From the NCBI GenBank assembly GCA_038319835.1, contig JBBQDQ010000005.1:1-56397 (forward strand): DNA of 56,397 nt. Reading direction: 5' to 3'. How positions within the stretch are numbered: the stretch's first letter is position 1; each line of letters opens with the position of its first letter. This document shows positions 26,907-36,773 of the stretch, piece by piece. The stretch is from Thermoanaerobaculia bacterium (GTDB taxonomy: Bacteria; Acidobacteriota; Thermoanaerobaculia; UBA5066). The notes under the pieces were generated by a model, which was not told the origin of the DNA, did no database searches, and was given only the letters and a program-made list of their open reading frames with translations. The translations under genes and the position numbers were made by a program.

Positions 26907-28097
26907 GTGACGAGCGAGACGCTGGAAGCCGCCCGCCCCTTCACGCGCGCCCGCGACGCGGGCGCCGAGGCGCGCGCGGCGGCGGGCTTGAGGGCGCTTC
27001 TTTCGGCCCTCAAGGACGCCGCCGGCGACGCCTGGGCCGGCGCCGCCCTCGGCGGCGCTCTCGGCCGCGGCGAGGGAGCGACGCTCGTCGGACGCGACGG
27101 GACCGGCCACCCGGCCGACCCGTTCGAGATCCTCGCCGTCCTCGACGCGCCGGTCCGAGACGTCCCCGCGATCGCCCGTCGACTCGCGAAGGCCGCCGGC
27201 GACGCGGCCCGCGCCCGGAAGATCCAGGTTTCCGTGGACGCGGTCGCGCGCCGCGCCCTCGCGCTTCTGCCGCCGACGCTCGCGAACATGGAGCTCCTCG
27301 CGGCTCGCCGCGTCGTGGACGGCCCGGAGGACCTCTTCCCGGCGTTCGCGGACGTGTACCGTGGCGGGCCCGACCGCTTCGAGGGACTGCGCCTCCTCGC
27401 GCGGACGGGCGCGCACCTGCTCGCGGCCGAGCGCCTCGTGGACCGCTCGGCGACGGGCGCGAGAGCCCGCGAGGCGCTCCGCTTCGTCCAGGGAGCCGAC
27501 CTCGCGTGCGGCGAGGCCATCCTGATCTCGGCGGCGCGCTGGGCGCCCGGCGTCGCGGCGCGGGAGGCCGAGCTCAAGGCGCTCGGGGCCGAGTCGCCCG
27601 ACGGGCCGCGCCGCCCGGGCTTCCACGTGAAGATGAGCTGGACCCGCTTCAAGGACCTCGTCGACCGGCACCGCGCCGCGGCCGCCGCCCTGCAGGCGCC
27701 GGCCGGCCCGGAGAACGTCGATGCGCGCCGGCAGGTCGCGCGCGCGGGCGACCGTTACATGGAGGTCCTGCGCCTCTTCGAGGAGGAGCGGCTCTCCGCC
27801 GACCTCCCGAACTGGACGGAGTACGCGATCGCGCTCGCGCGGCGGCGAAGCGGGGTGGCGGTTTCCGAGCTCTTTGGCGAGGAGGAGGAGATCGAGGACG
27901 CCGCGGGCGTGGGCCGCGTCGCACGCAAGTCCGCGCGCACGTGGCCGCTCGCCGAGCGCGTGGCCCCGGCCGCCGCGGCGCTCGTGGACTGGGACCCGGG
28001 CGACCTCCCGATCGTGCCCGTCCTCCTCGACCTTCCGGACACGGCCTCGCGCGACGCGCTCCGCCAGCGCGCGATCGCCTGGGGCGAGACGGCGTGA
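26907..28097 (+). CDS. Hypothetical protein with a degenerate nucleotidyltransferase-like N-terminus
   Basis: LGGALGRGEG motif followed by DPFEILAV; mostly helical C-terminus. Confidence 0.6.
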   Translation: MTSETLEAARPFTRARDAGAEARAAAGLRALLSALKDAAGDAWAGAALGGALGRGEGATLVGRDGTGHPADPFEILAVLDAPVRDVPAIARRLAKAAGDAARARKIQVSVDAVARRALALLPPTLANMELLAARRVVDGPEDLFPAFADVYRGGPDRFEGLRLLARTGAHLLAAERLVDRSATGARAREALRFVQGADLACGEAILISAARWAPGVAAREAELKALGAESPDGPRRPGFHVKMSWTRFKDLVDRHRAAAAALQAPAGPENVDARRQVARAGDRYMEVLRLFEEERLSADLPNWTEYAIALARRRSGVAVSELFGEEEEIEDAAGVGRVARKSARTWPLAERVAPAAAALVDWDPGDLPIVPVLLDLPDTASRDALRQRAIAWGETA

Positions 28098-28098
28098 G

Positions 28099-28130
28099 GT
28101 AGTGGGAAACCCGTCAGGCGGGTTTCCCAC
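28099..28130. repeat. Perfect 12-bp palindrome between convergent genes (REP-like or bidirectional terminator)
   Basis: GTGGGAAACCCG-tcagg-CGGGTTTCCCAC, with GTAG at 28099-28102. Confidence 0.55.
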
Positions 28131-28141
28131 GGTGCCTGCGC

Positions 28142-28927
28142 CTACAGTCTCGAGCGGCCGCGCGTCAGGGCCAGCGAGAAATCCAGCAGCGTGTTCGTGC
28201 CGCGGACGGCGACGCGCTTGAGGCGATACGGGTCGGAGAGATCGGGCGGGATGCCGCCGCGGATGACGGTCGCGGCGCGGTAGCCGGCGGCGCGGACGGC
28301 TTCGACGCTGCGGTCGTCGAACGCGCCGTAGGGATAGCAGAAGGAGACGACGGGCGCTCCTGTGACGGCCTCGAGCGCGGCCTTGCTGCCTGCGACCTCG
28401 GAGGCGAGGTCCGCGTCGGAAAGCTCCGGGAGCGCGCGGTGCGTGGCGCCGTGCGAGCCGATCTCGATTCCCGCCGCGGCGAGGGCGCGGACGCCGTCCG
28501 CCGCGAGCAGCGCGTCGCCGGGGATCTCGCCGTCCCAGTCGTTGACGCCGCCGGTCTTGCCCGAGACGACGAAGACCGTGGCCGCGAAACCGTGCGCCTC
28601 GAGGAGCGGCAGCGCGCGCGAGAGGACGCCTTCGTAGCCGTCGTCGAACGTGAGGACGGCGCGTCTCTCCGACGCCTGTGGGCGGTCGAGCAGGTCGCGC
28701 AGCGCGACGCCGCGGTACCCGTGCCGCGCGAGGTGCTCGAGCTGGCGCGCGAGGTCGTCCGGGAGGACGCGCCAGTGGTTCAGGCGCGAGGCCGGCCGGT
28801 GCGGGCCGACCTCGTGGTACATGAGGATCGGCGTGCCGGGCCGCTTCGGACGCCACCAGTTGAAGCGCAGCGAAAGGCCGATCCCCGCCCCCACCAGCGC
28901 GGCGGCGCCGAGTGCCGGGGCGTCCAT
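28142..28927 (-). CDS. Polysaccharide deacetylase (CE4/NodB, IcaB-like)
   Basis: PILMYHEV, LTFDDGY, IGSHGATH, FCYPYG; N-terminal membrane anchor. Confidence 0.9.
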   Translation of the reverse strand: MDAPALGAAALVGAGIGLSLRFNWWRPKRPGTPILMYHEVGPHRPASRLNHWRVLPDDLARQLEHLARHGYRGVALRDLLDRPQASERRAVLTFDDGYEGVLSRALPLLEAHGFAATVFVVSGKTGGVNDWDGEIPGDALLAADGVRALAAAGIEIGSHGATHRALPELSDADLASEVAGSKAALEAVTGAPVVSFCYPYGAFDDRSVEAVRAAGYRAATVIRGGIPPDLSDPYRLKRVAVRGTNTLLDFSLALTRGRSRL

Positions 28928-29787
28928 CAGCGGGCCCGCGTGAGCGCCCGGATGCGCAGGACGGCCGTGTCCTCGGCGCGGGCGTTCGCGGGGGGCAGGC
29001 GCTCGCCACGCGCAATCGCGCTCTCGAGCTCGCGGAGCTTGACGTATTTCAGGAGCGTGTTGGCGGCCGAGAGCGCCGCGAACGTGAGGCCGGCCGTTCC
29101 GTCGAGGACGCCGAGCCTCAGGAAGGCCCGGTCGAAGAACTCCCACACGACCCGGACGGGGAGGAACGGCATGGCGCCCTTGCGCGCCGCCCACTTCGCC
29201 TCGGCCGCAAGCGTCGTGTAGCGGTCGAGCTTCTCGAGGTAGTGGGAAAGGTCGCGGTACGAGCGGTGGAGGATCGACTCGTCGAGCGCCTCGACGGGCC
29301 CGTTCGCGAGGACCTTCTCGTGGACGGGGTCCTCGGAAAAGCGCGCGCGCTGCCGGTCGTAGAGGCGCGCGGGACGAACGACCGTGTCGCGGCCGAAGTG
29401 GAGCTCGCGCCCGAGGAACTCGAGGCGGATCGGGATCCGGAACGCGGCGGGCGGGCTCTTTTCCGAGACGGTGGACGCGAGGCGGGCGCGGATCTCGAGC
29501 GCGAGCGCGGGCGAGACGATCTCGTCCGCGTCGATCGAGAAGACCCAGCGGTGCGTCGCGAGAGCCGCGGCCGCGTTCTTCTGCGTCCCGAAGCCGTCGA
29601 ACGTGCGGACGAGGACGCGCGCGCCGGCGGCTTCGGCAACTTCCGCGGTTCGGTCCGTCGTCGCGGCGTCCACGACGACGATGATCTCCTCGGCGAACGC
29701 CACGGCGGCGAGGGCGGCGGGGAGGCGGTCCTCCTCGTCGCGCGCGATCAGCGTGACCGTGAGCGGCGGGCCGGCCGGGTCGGACAT
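28927..29787 (-). CDS. GT2 glycosyltransferase (WaaE/KdtX-like)
   Basis: LIARDEE, TDRTAEVA, QKNAA, SIDADE, VHEK, KLDRYTTL, GVLDG. Confidence 0.9.
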   Translation of the reverse strand: MSDPAGPPLTVTLIARDEEDRLPAALAAVAFAEEIIVVVDAATTDRTAEVAEAAGARVLVRTFDGFGTQKNAAAALATHRWVFSIDADEIVSPALALEIRARLASTVSEKSPPAAFRIPIRLEFLGRELHFGRDTVVRPARLYDRQRARFSEDPVHEKVLANGPVEALDESILHRSYRDLSHYLEKLDRYTTLAAEAKWAARKGAMPFLPVRVVWEFFDRAFLRLGVLDGTAGLTFAALSAANTLLKYVKLRELESAIARGERLPPANARAEDTAVLRIRALTRAR

Positions 29788-29853
29788 CGGGGCAAGAGTA
29801 TGGACCCGGGCGCGCCCGGGTCCACGCGCGCCGCCGTCCGTATACTCCGCCTC

Positions 29854-31422
29854 GTGTCCGCCGGACGTCCGTCTGAAGATCCCGGAGCGTCCGGGCGCCT
29901 CCTCTTCGCGGCGGCTTTGGCGGCCGGGGCGCTGCTTCGGCTGATCCTCCTCGGCCGTCCCGACCTCTTTGCCGCGGACGAGGGCCGCTGGGCGGTGGGC
30001 GCGCGAAACGTCCTCGAAGGCGGCGCGCAGGTCCTCGCGCCGTCCACGACGCCCCTCGGGGACCCGTCCGGCACGCCGATCCTCTTCCCGTGGCTCCTCT
30101 CGGGCATGGTGCGCGTGTTCGGTGCCGAGGAGTGGGCCGTGCGCTTCCCGTCTGCGATCCTCGGCCTCGTCGCGGCGTTCGTCGTGGAGCGGATCGTCCG
30201 GCGCGGGTGGGGGCAGCCGGCGGGCCACCTCGCCGGCGCGTTCGTCGCGCTCTTCCCGCCGCTCGTCGCGGCCTCGCGCGTCGCGACCGTCGAGACGACG
30301 CTCGTGACGCTCGGGCTCGCGGGAATCATCTTCGGCCTCCGCGCCTTCGAGGAGGACATCCCGTGGGAGGGCGCGCTCGCGGGCGTCTTCTTCGGTCTCG
30401 GCTTCCTCGCGAAGGGCTACGCGATCGGTCTCTTCCTCATCCCGCTGCTCCTCGCGCTGGCGGCGCGCCCGCGTCTCTTCGCGCTCGGACGGACGAAGCG
30501 ATCTCTCGCCTTTCTCGTCACGACGCTCGTCCTGGTGGGTGGGTCGCACCTTCTCGCGGTCTTCCTCCTGCGCCCGGAGACGTTTGCGTTCCAGCTCGCA
30601 ACGGCGTTCGGGGCGTCCGCGGCGGCGGCCCGGCTCGCCGCGCTCCCGACGGCGTTCTCGGCCGAGCTCCTGTCGATCCTCCGGCCCGTTTTCTGGTTCC
30701 TGCCGGTCACGCTCCTCGGCGTCGCCTTCCTCTGGCGGGACGTCGGCGAGGACGAGATCGCGACGGGCGCGACGGGCGGGGACCGGCGCCTCGCGCACGG
30801 CCTTCTCTGGGGCGCGTACTTCGTGGAGCTCGTGATCGTCGTCGCGGTGGCGGGACGCTACCGCCTCTCGTCGATCCCCGTCATGCCGGCGATCGCGACG
30901 CTCACGGGCCTCGGGGCGACGGCCGTCGTCGTCTCGGCGCGCGCGCGGACGTCGCTCGGGACGCAGCGCGTGGCGGCGGGCGCGATGGGCGCTCTCCTCG
31001 TCCTCGGGGGCGTCGAGGCGGCGCGCCGGATCCGTCACGACCTCCTGACGCATCGGACGGGCGCCCGCGAGCTGGCCGCGCAGATCGCCCCGGCCGTCGC
31101 GCCGCTCTCGCCGCGGGCCGTCGCGTTCCGGGCGCCCGAGCCGGACGCCGTGGCCTTCCATCTCTTCCGGACCGGTCTCGAGTGGAATGGCTCGGAGACG
31201 CCCGCGTCGCTCGAGGCCGAGGCGCGCGGCACCCTGCGCGCCTGGGCGTGGCGCAAGGCGGACGCCGCCCCCCTGGCCCCGTCCGCGGGCGCGAAGGAGT
31301 GGCTCGCCGCGCACGCGAGGGACGTCACGGCCGACGTGAACGCACGCGCGGGCCGCACGACGGGGCTCGCCGTCTTTGTCCCGGAGCCCGCGGTTCCCGC
31401 CGCGGGCTCCGCCCGGCCATAA
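29854..31422 (+). CDS. ArnT/PMT-family (GT-C) membrane glycosyltransferase
   Basis: ADEGRW, PILFPWL...FGAEEWAVRFPS, GFLAKG; many transmembrane helices. Confidence 0.82.
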   Translation: MSAGRPSEDPGASGRLLFAAALAAGALLRLILLGRPDLFAADEGRWAVGARNVLEGGAQVLAPSTTPLGDPSGTPILFPWLLSGMVRVFGAEEWAVRFPSAILGLVAAFVVERIVRRGWGQPAGHLAGAFVALFPPLVAASRVATVETTLVTLGLAGIIFGLRAFEEDIPWEGALAGVFFGLGFLAKGYAIGLFLIPLLLALAARPRLFALGRTKRSLAFLVTTLVLVGGSHLLAVFLLRPETFAFQLATAFGASAAAARLAALPTAFSAELLSILRPVFWFLPVTLLGVAFLWRDVGEDEIATGATGGDRRLAHGLLWGAYFVELVIVVAVAGRYRLSSIPVMPAIATLTGLGATAVVVSARARTSLGTQRVAAGAMGALLVLGGVEAARRIRHDLLTHRTGARELAAQIAPAVAPLSPRAVAFRAPEPDAVAFHLFRTGLEWNGSETPASLEAEARGTLRAWAWRKADAAPLAPSAGAKEWLAAHARDVTADVNARAGRTTGLAVFVPEPAVPAAGSARP

Positions 31423-31432
31423 TCGGCCCCCC

Positions 31433-32776
31433 ATGACGACCGTCCTTCTCGCCGACCGCGACGGCGCGTCCTTCGGGCCGCTCGCCTCGAGGGTCGTGCC
31501 CGCCCTTCTGCCACTCGCCGGCGTCCCGGTCCTCGAGCGCGCGCTCGAGGCGCTCGTCGCGGCCGGGCGGAAGTCGGCGCTCCTCGTCGTCGGCCCGCGC
31601 GCCTCGGAGGTCGAGCGCCGCTTCGGGAAGGGCATCCGCTGGGGCATCGCCCTCGAGATCGTCCGGCGCGAAGACGGGGAGACCACGGGCGATGTCCTGC
31701 GCAGGCTCGAGCACCGCCTCGACGGCGAGACGATCGTCGTTCGCGGCGACATCGGCGTCCACGCGGCCGTTGGCGAGTTCCTCCGGAAAGTGGAGGACGC
31801 CCGCGGCCCGATCGTCGAGGCGACGGCCGGCGGCCGCCCCGCCGGCATGTGGCGTCTCCTGCCCGGCGCCGTCAAGAAAAAGGACTTCCCGCGCGAGCCC
31901 GGCGCGCCGGAGTGGGCGCACGATCCGGACTTCGCCCCGCTGCCGCTGGAAGCGGCGCCGATCCTCATCGACGGAGTCGCGGCCTACCGGCGTGCGGACG
32001 CCGCGCACGCGAAGGGGCAGCCTGCCTTCGCGGAGCGAGCGCGCTCCGACGGGAACGCGCGGCTCGAGGGGTCGACGACGGTCGGCGAGGAGGCGTCGGT
32101 CCTCTCGGGTGCCCGCCTCGTGGACACGAGCGTCCTCCCGAAGACGGCGATTCCGCCCGGCGTCACGATCGAGAACGCGGTGGTCTCGGGAAACCTCGTC
32201 GTAGACGCGGCGACGGGACGCGCGGGCCTCCTGACGGACCAGCTTCCTCCGGCCGGCGCCTCGCACGGCGGCGGTCGCGCGCTCGGCCTGGCGGCCCTCA
32301 CCCTTTCGCTCCCGCTCTGGCCGGTCGCGGCCGTGTGGAGCGCGATCGCGAACGCGGGCCACGCGACCGGGCCCGTCACCCTCTCGGGCAACGCGCCCGG
32401 CGGCGGCCGCGCGCCCTTCACGACGTTCCGGTTCGAGACGGCCGTGCCCGTCCTGCGCGACCTCCCGCTTCTTCTCGCCGTCGTGCGGGGCCGCCTCGCC
32501 CTGACGGGGGTCACGCCGCTGACGCCGCCCGAGGAGGCCGCCCTCGCCGAAGCCTGGGAGAAGGTCCGGACGGAGGCGCCCGCCGGCCTCCTGTCCCTCG
32601 CGCGCCTCGCGGTTCCCGCCTCGGCGCCGCCGGAGGTCTCCCGCGTCGTGGACGCTTTCGAGGCCCGCCGGCCGTCCGCGCTCCTCGGCCGCGCTCTCTC
32701 CGCGCTCTTCTCGTCGCGGGCCTGGACGGCGCCGAGGGTGTGGAACCCGGACGAGCTGAGGGACGAGAAGTCGTGA
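31433..32776 (+). CDS. Fusion of degenerate sugar-nucleotidyltransferase, beta-helix and sugar-transferase-like domains
   Basis: FGPLASRVVPALLPLAGVPVL; FGKGIRWG; hexapeptide-like repeats; LRDLPLLLAVVRGRLALTGVTP. Confidence 0.7.
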   Translation: MTTVLLADRDGASFGPLASRVVPALLPLAGVPVLERALEALVAAGRKSALLVVGPRASEVERRFGKGIRWGIALEIVRREDGETTGDVLRRLEHRLDGETIVVRGDIGVHAAVGEFLRKVEDARGPIVEATAGGRPAGMWRLLPGAVKKKDFPREPGAPEWAHDPDFAPLPLEAAPILIDGVAAYRRADAAHAKGQPAFAERARSDGNARLEGSTTVGEEASVLSGARLVDTSVLPKTAIPPGVTIENAVVSGNLVVDAATGRAGLLTDQLPPAGASHGGGRALGLAALTLSLPLWPVAAVWSAIANAGHATGPVTLSGNAPGGGRAPFTTFRFETAVPVLRDLPLLLAVVRGRLALTGVTPLTPPEEAALAEAWEKVRTEAPAGLLSLARLAVPASAPPEVSRVVDAFEARRPSALLGRALSALFSSRAWTAPRVWNPDELRDEKS

Positions 32777-34158
32777 GCGAAGCCGCGGCCGAGCTCGTCG
32801 TCCGCGCGCCGTTCGACGGGGCGGAGGTCGCGCGCCTCCCGCGGCCTTCCGCCGGCGACGTCGAGTCCGCCGTCGCGAAGGCCGTGGCCGTCTTCGAGGA
32901 GACGCGGGCGCTCCCGACGTACGTCCGCGTCGCGATCCTCAGGCGCGTGGCCGCGGCGCTGGAGTCCCGCCGCGACGCGCTCGGCGAGACGATTGCGCGC
33001 GAGGCCGGCAAGCCGCTCAAGGCGGCGCGCACCGAGGTCGAACGCGCCTCCGCGACGTTCTCGGCCGCCGCCGCGGCCCTCGAAGCGTGGAAGGGCGACA
33101 TGCTTCCGCTCGACGTCAATGCGGCGTCGCTCGGGCGCTGGGGCGTTGTGAAGCGCGTCCCGCTCGGGCCGGTCCTCGCGATCACGCCGTTCAACTTCCC
33201 GCTCAACCTCACGGCGCACAAGGTCGCGCCCGCGATTGCGGTCGGCGCGCCCGTGGTCCAGAAGCCGGCGTCGCAGACGCCTCTGTCCGCGCTCGCGCTC
33301 CAGGCGATCGTCCGGGAGGCGGGCTGGCCCGCGGACGCCTACGCGGTCCTGCCGATCTCCGGCCGCGAGGCCGAGAAGCTCGTGACGGACCCCCGCCTGC
33401 CCGTCGTCTCCTTCACGGGCTCGGGGGCCGTCGGCTGGCGGCTCCGGGAGATCGCGCCCCGGAAGCGCGTCGGCCTCGAGCTGGGCGGCAACGCCGCGGC
33501 CGTCGTCCACTCGGACGCGGATCTCGACGACGCGGCCGCGCGAGTTGCGGCCGGCGCGTTCGGGTACGCCGGTCAGTCCTGCATCTCCGTCCAGCGCGCG
33601 CTCGTCCAGAGGGACGTCTTCGACGCCTTCCGCGAGAAGCTCCTCGCGAAGACGGCCGCCCTCGTCTGCGGCGACCCGCTCGACGCGACGACCGACGTCG
33701 GACCGATGATCTCGCCCGAGGAGAGCGAGCGCGTCACGGCGTGGATCGCGGAAGCCGTCGCGGGCGGCGCGCGGGTCCTTTCGGGCGGGACGAGGAACGG
33801 CTCCGTCGTCCTCCCGACCGTCCTCGCCGGGACGTCGCGGGACATGAGGGTCGAGGCGCAGGAAGTCTTCGCGCCGGTCGTGACGCTGACGGCGTACGAC
33901 ACGTGGGACGAGGCGCTCCGGCGCGTGAACGACTCGAAGTACGGCTTGCAGGCCGGGATCTTCACGCGGGACTTCGGGCGCATCCAGCGCGCCTTCGACG
34001 TCCTCGAGGTGGGTGGAATCCTCGTGAACGACGTCCCGACATGGCGTGCCGACCGGATGCCCTACGGCGGCGTGAAGGAATCGGGGATCGGGCGCGAGGG
34101 CCCGGCCTACGCGATGGAAGAGTTCACGGAGCCCCGGCTCCTCGTGCTCCGGCCCTGA
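32773..34158 (+). CDS. Aldehyde dehydrogenase
   Basis: ITPFNFP, FTGS, LELGGN, GQSCIS, EVFAP, MPYGGVKESG. Confidence 0.93.
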   Translation: MSEAAAELVVRAPFDGAEVARLPRPSAGDVESAVAKAVAVFEETRALPTYVRVAILRRVAAALESRRDALGETIAREAGKPLKAARTEVERASATFSAAAAALEAWKGDMLPLDVNAASLGRWGVVKRVPLGPVLAITPFNFPLNLTAHKVAPAIAVGAPVVQKPASQTPLSALALQAIVREAGWPADAYAVLPISGREAEKLVTDPRLPVVSFTGSGAVGWRLREIAPRKRVGLELGGNAAAVVHSDADLDDAAARVAAGAFGYAGQSCISVQRALVQRDVFDAFREKLLAKTAALVCGDPLDATTDVGPMISPEESERVTAWIAEAVAGGARVLSGGTRNGSVVLPTVLAGTSRDMRVEAQEVFAPVVTLTAYDTWDEALRRVNDSKYGLQAGIFTRDFGRIQRAFDVLEVGGILVNDVPTWRADRMPYGGVKESGIGREGPAYAMEEFTEPRLLVLRP

Positions 34159-34176
34159 GGAGCCGAAAGGACGGTC

Positions 34177-34620
34177 ATGGACGGCGTCTCGACCTTCTCG
34201 ATCACCGCAACCTGGGATCCCGCGTCGAAGGAGGGCCGCCTCGCGAACGCGGACGGCTCGTTCGCGACGAAGCACACGGGCGCCCGGGCGCTGGACGGCC
34301 TCGGCGGCTCGGTCAATCCGGAGGAGCTTCTCCTCGCGGCCGTCTCGGCGTGCTTCGTCCAGACGTGGGCGATCTTCGTCGAGAAGCTGAAGCTGCCGAT
34401 CGCGACCCCGCGCCTCGACGCGACGTGCGACCTCGAGAAGGACCCGGCGGGCGGCTTCAAGGTCACGCGGATCGGCCTCGCGGCGCACGTCCCTGCGGCG
34501 CTCCTCGCCGAGCGCAAGGCGGACGTCGAGAAGACGCTCGTCCTCGCCGAGAAGTACTGCATCGTGTCGAAGGCCGTGAAGGCCTCGCTCGCGCTGGCCG
34601 TGACGCTGAAGGCCGTCTAG
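34177..34620 (+). CDS. OsmC/Ohr family protein
   Basis: NPEELLLAAVSAC...AEKYCIVS (both Cys present). Confidence 0.88.
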   Translation: MDGVSTFSITATWDPASKEGRLANADGSFATKHTGARALDGLGGSVNPEELLLAAVSACFVQTWAIFVEKLKLPIATPRLDATCDLEKDPAGGFKVTRIGLAAHVPAALLAERKADVEKTLVLAEKYCIVSKAVKASLALAVTLKAV

Positions 34621-36773
34621 AGGTTCTGCTCGAACCACTCCACGAGGCGCTGGTTCCGGTAGAGGAGGGCCTCGCCGCGCGGCCCGTGCGCCTGGCGCGG
34701 GAGGGGGACGAAGACGAAGTCCTTCCGGGCCTTCATGAGCTCGTCCACGAACTTCATCGTGTTCTGCATGTGGACGTTGTCATCCGACGTCCCGTGGAAG
34801 ATCACGAGCTTCGTTCCGAGGTCCTTCGCCACGAGGAGGGGAGACGAGGTCTTGTAGCCCTCCGGGTTGTCCTTCGGCGTCTTCATGTACCGCTCGGTGT
34901 AGATCGAGTCGTAGAGCGTCCAGTCCACGACGGGCGCGCCCGCGGCGGCGCATTTGAACGTCCCGCCCGCGTGCGTCGCGGCGTAGAGCGTCATGTACCC
35001 GCCGTACGACCAGCCCGTGATCCCGATGCGCCCGCCGTCGACGTACGGGCGCCTCTTCAGCTCCGCGACGCCCTCGAGCTGGTCCTTGAGCTCCTGCGCG
35101 CCCATGTTCCTGAGGACCGGCGTCTCGAACGCGTGCCCGCGCCCCCACGAGCCGCGGCCGTCCAGCGTCCAGACCAGGAATCCTTTTGACGCGAGCAACG
35201 ACTCGAGGGCGCCCGCCGGCGCGTTCTGGACGAGCTGCGTGTGCGGGCCGCCGTAGACGTTGACGACGACGGGGTATTTCTTCGCGGGGTCGAAGCTCGA
35301 CGGCTTCACGAGGCGCGTGTAGAAGAGCGTCCCGTCGGCGCCGGTGAGGGTTCCGAGCTCGACGGCGCCGAGGTCGAACTCGGCGAGCGGATGCGGCTTC
35401 TCGTCGAGGACCGCGGCGACCGCGCCGGACACCGAGCGCACGACCGAATGCGGGAGCGCCGTGACGTTCGAATACGTGTCGACGAAGTATGCGGCTCCCG
35501 GCGCGAAGACCGGCGTGTGGACGCCGGGCTCGGCCGTCACGCGCACCATCGAGGAGCCGTCCAGCTTCGCGACGAAGACCTGGCGCTCGCGCGGGTCGGC
35601 CGTCGTCGCGCGGAACCAGACCGTCCCCATCTTCTCGTCCACGGCCCACGGGCCGTCGACCATCCACGGGCCCTTCGTGATCGCGTTCTTCACGGACCCG
35701 TCGGCCGCGTGCCGGTAGAGGTGGAAAAAGCCGCTGCGCTCGGAGAGGAAGACGAAGGAGCCGTCCTTCAGGAAATGCGGCGGCGCGATCGCGTTGACCC
35801 ACGCGGGATCGCTCTCTCCGAGGAGCTTTCTCGGCGCGCCGCCCGCGCGCGGAAGAAGGAAGGCGTCGACATGTGTCTGGGCGCGGTCGAGAAGGAGGAA
35901 GCAGACGTTCTTCCCGTCGTGTGTCCACGACAGCTCGGGGGCGACGTAGACGTCGTCGGGCGACGGCGCGAAGGTGGCGGTCTCCCTTCCGGCGAGGTCC
36001 ACGATGTGAACCGAGGGGACGGCGTTCGGATCGCCGGCCTTCGGGTAGCGCTGCGTCTCGACCTTCCCGTTCACCGGGGTGTAGTCGACGATCGGGTACG
36101 TCGGGACGCGCGTCTGGTCGAGCGCGATGTAGGCGATCGCCGAGGAGTCGGGCGACCAGGTGAACGATCGGCTGCCGCGGCGTTGCGCGAGCTCCTCCCC
36201 GTACACCCAGTCGAGCGTCCCGTTCAGGACGAGGTCCGAGCCGGACGTCGTGAGGCGCGTCTCCCTGCCCGTCGCGGCCTCGACGGCGAAGACGTCGTGC
36301 TTGCGGACGAAGGCGAGCCGCGTCCCGTCCGGCGACCACGACGGGGCGGTCTCGTCCTCGGCGTCGTTCGTGAGGCGCTTCGCCTCGCCGCCCGGCGTCA
36401 CGAGCCAGAGGTCGTGGTCGAAGGGCACGGCGAACGCGTCGCCCTTCGGAGTCCAGACCGCGCCGCGCAGGGAAATCTTCTTCTCCTTGCCGTCCCTGTC
36501 CTTCACGGCGGGCGCGTCGAAGAGCTTCGTCTTCTTGCCCGTCGCCGCGTCCGCCTGCCAGAGCGCGGTGGACGCGTCGAGGGCGGCGGCTTCGACCCAC
36601 ACGACGCGCGTCGCGTCGCGCCACGTGAATGCCGTCGGCATCCGCATCTCGGACGCCTTCTCGAGCGTGAGGGCCTTCCGGGCCGGGACCGTGCCCGGGA
36701 CGAGGGGCGACGGCGGCGCCGCGGTGGCCTGCGCGGCGAGAGCCGCCGCGAGGACGGGGGCGAGGAGGATCAC
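34617..36773 (-). CDS. Secreted S9 peptidase, dipeptidyl-peptidase IV type
   Basis: DWVYGEE, YPKAG, VYGGP, GWSYGG, HGTSDDNVH. Confidence 0.93.
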   Translation of the reverse strand: MILLAPVLAAALAAQATAAPPSPLVPGTVPARKALTLEKASEMRMPTAFTWRDATRVVWVEAAALDASTALWQADAATGKKTKLFDAPAVKDRDGKEKKISLRGAVWTPKGDAFAVPFDHDLWLVTPGGEAKRLTNDAEDETAPSWSPDGTRLAFVRKHDVFAVEAATGRETRLTTSGSDLVLNGTLDWVYGEELAQRRGSRSFTWSPDSSAIAYIALDQTRVPTYPIVDYTPVNGKVETQRYPKAGDPNAVPSVHIVDLAGRETATFAPSPDDVYVAPELSWTHDGKNVCFLLLDRAQTHVDAFLLPRAGGAPRKLLGESDPAWVNAIAPPHFLKDGSFVFLSERSGFFHLYRHAADGSVKNAITKGPWMVDGPWAVDEKMGTVWFRATTADPRERQVFVAKLDGSSMVRVTAEPGVHTPVFAPGAAYFVDTYSNVTALPHSVVRSVSGAVAAVLDEKPHPLAEFDLGAVELGTLTGADGTLFYTRLVKPSSFDPAKKYPVVVNVYGGPHTQLVQNAPAGALESLLASKGFLVWTLDGRGSWGRGHAFETPVLRNMGAQELKDQLEGVAELKRRPYVDGGRIGITGWSYGGYMTLYAATHAGGTFKCAAAGAPVVDWTLYDSIYTERYMKTPKDNPEGYKTSSPLLVAKDLGTKLVIFHGTSDDNVHMQNTMKFVDELMKARKDFVFVPLPRQAHGPRGEALLYRNQRLVEWFEQNL

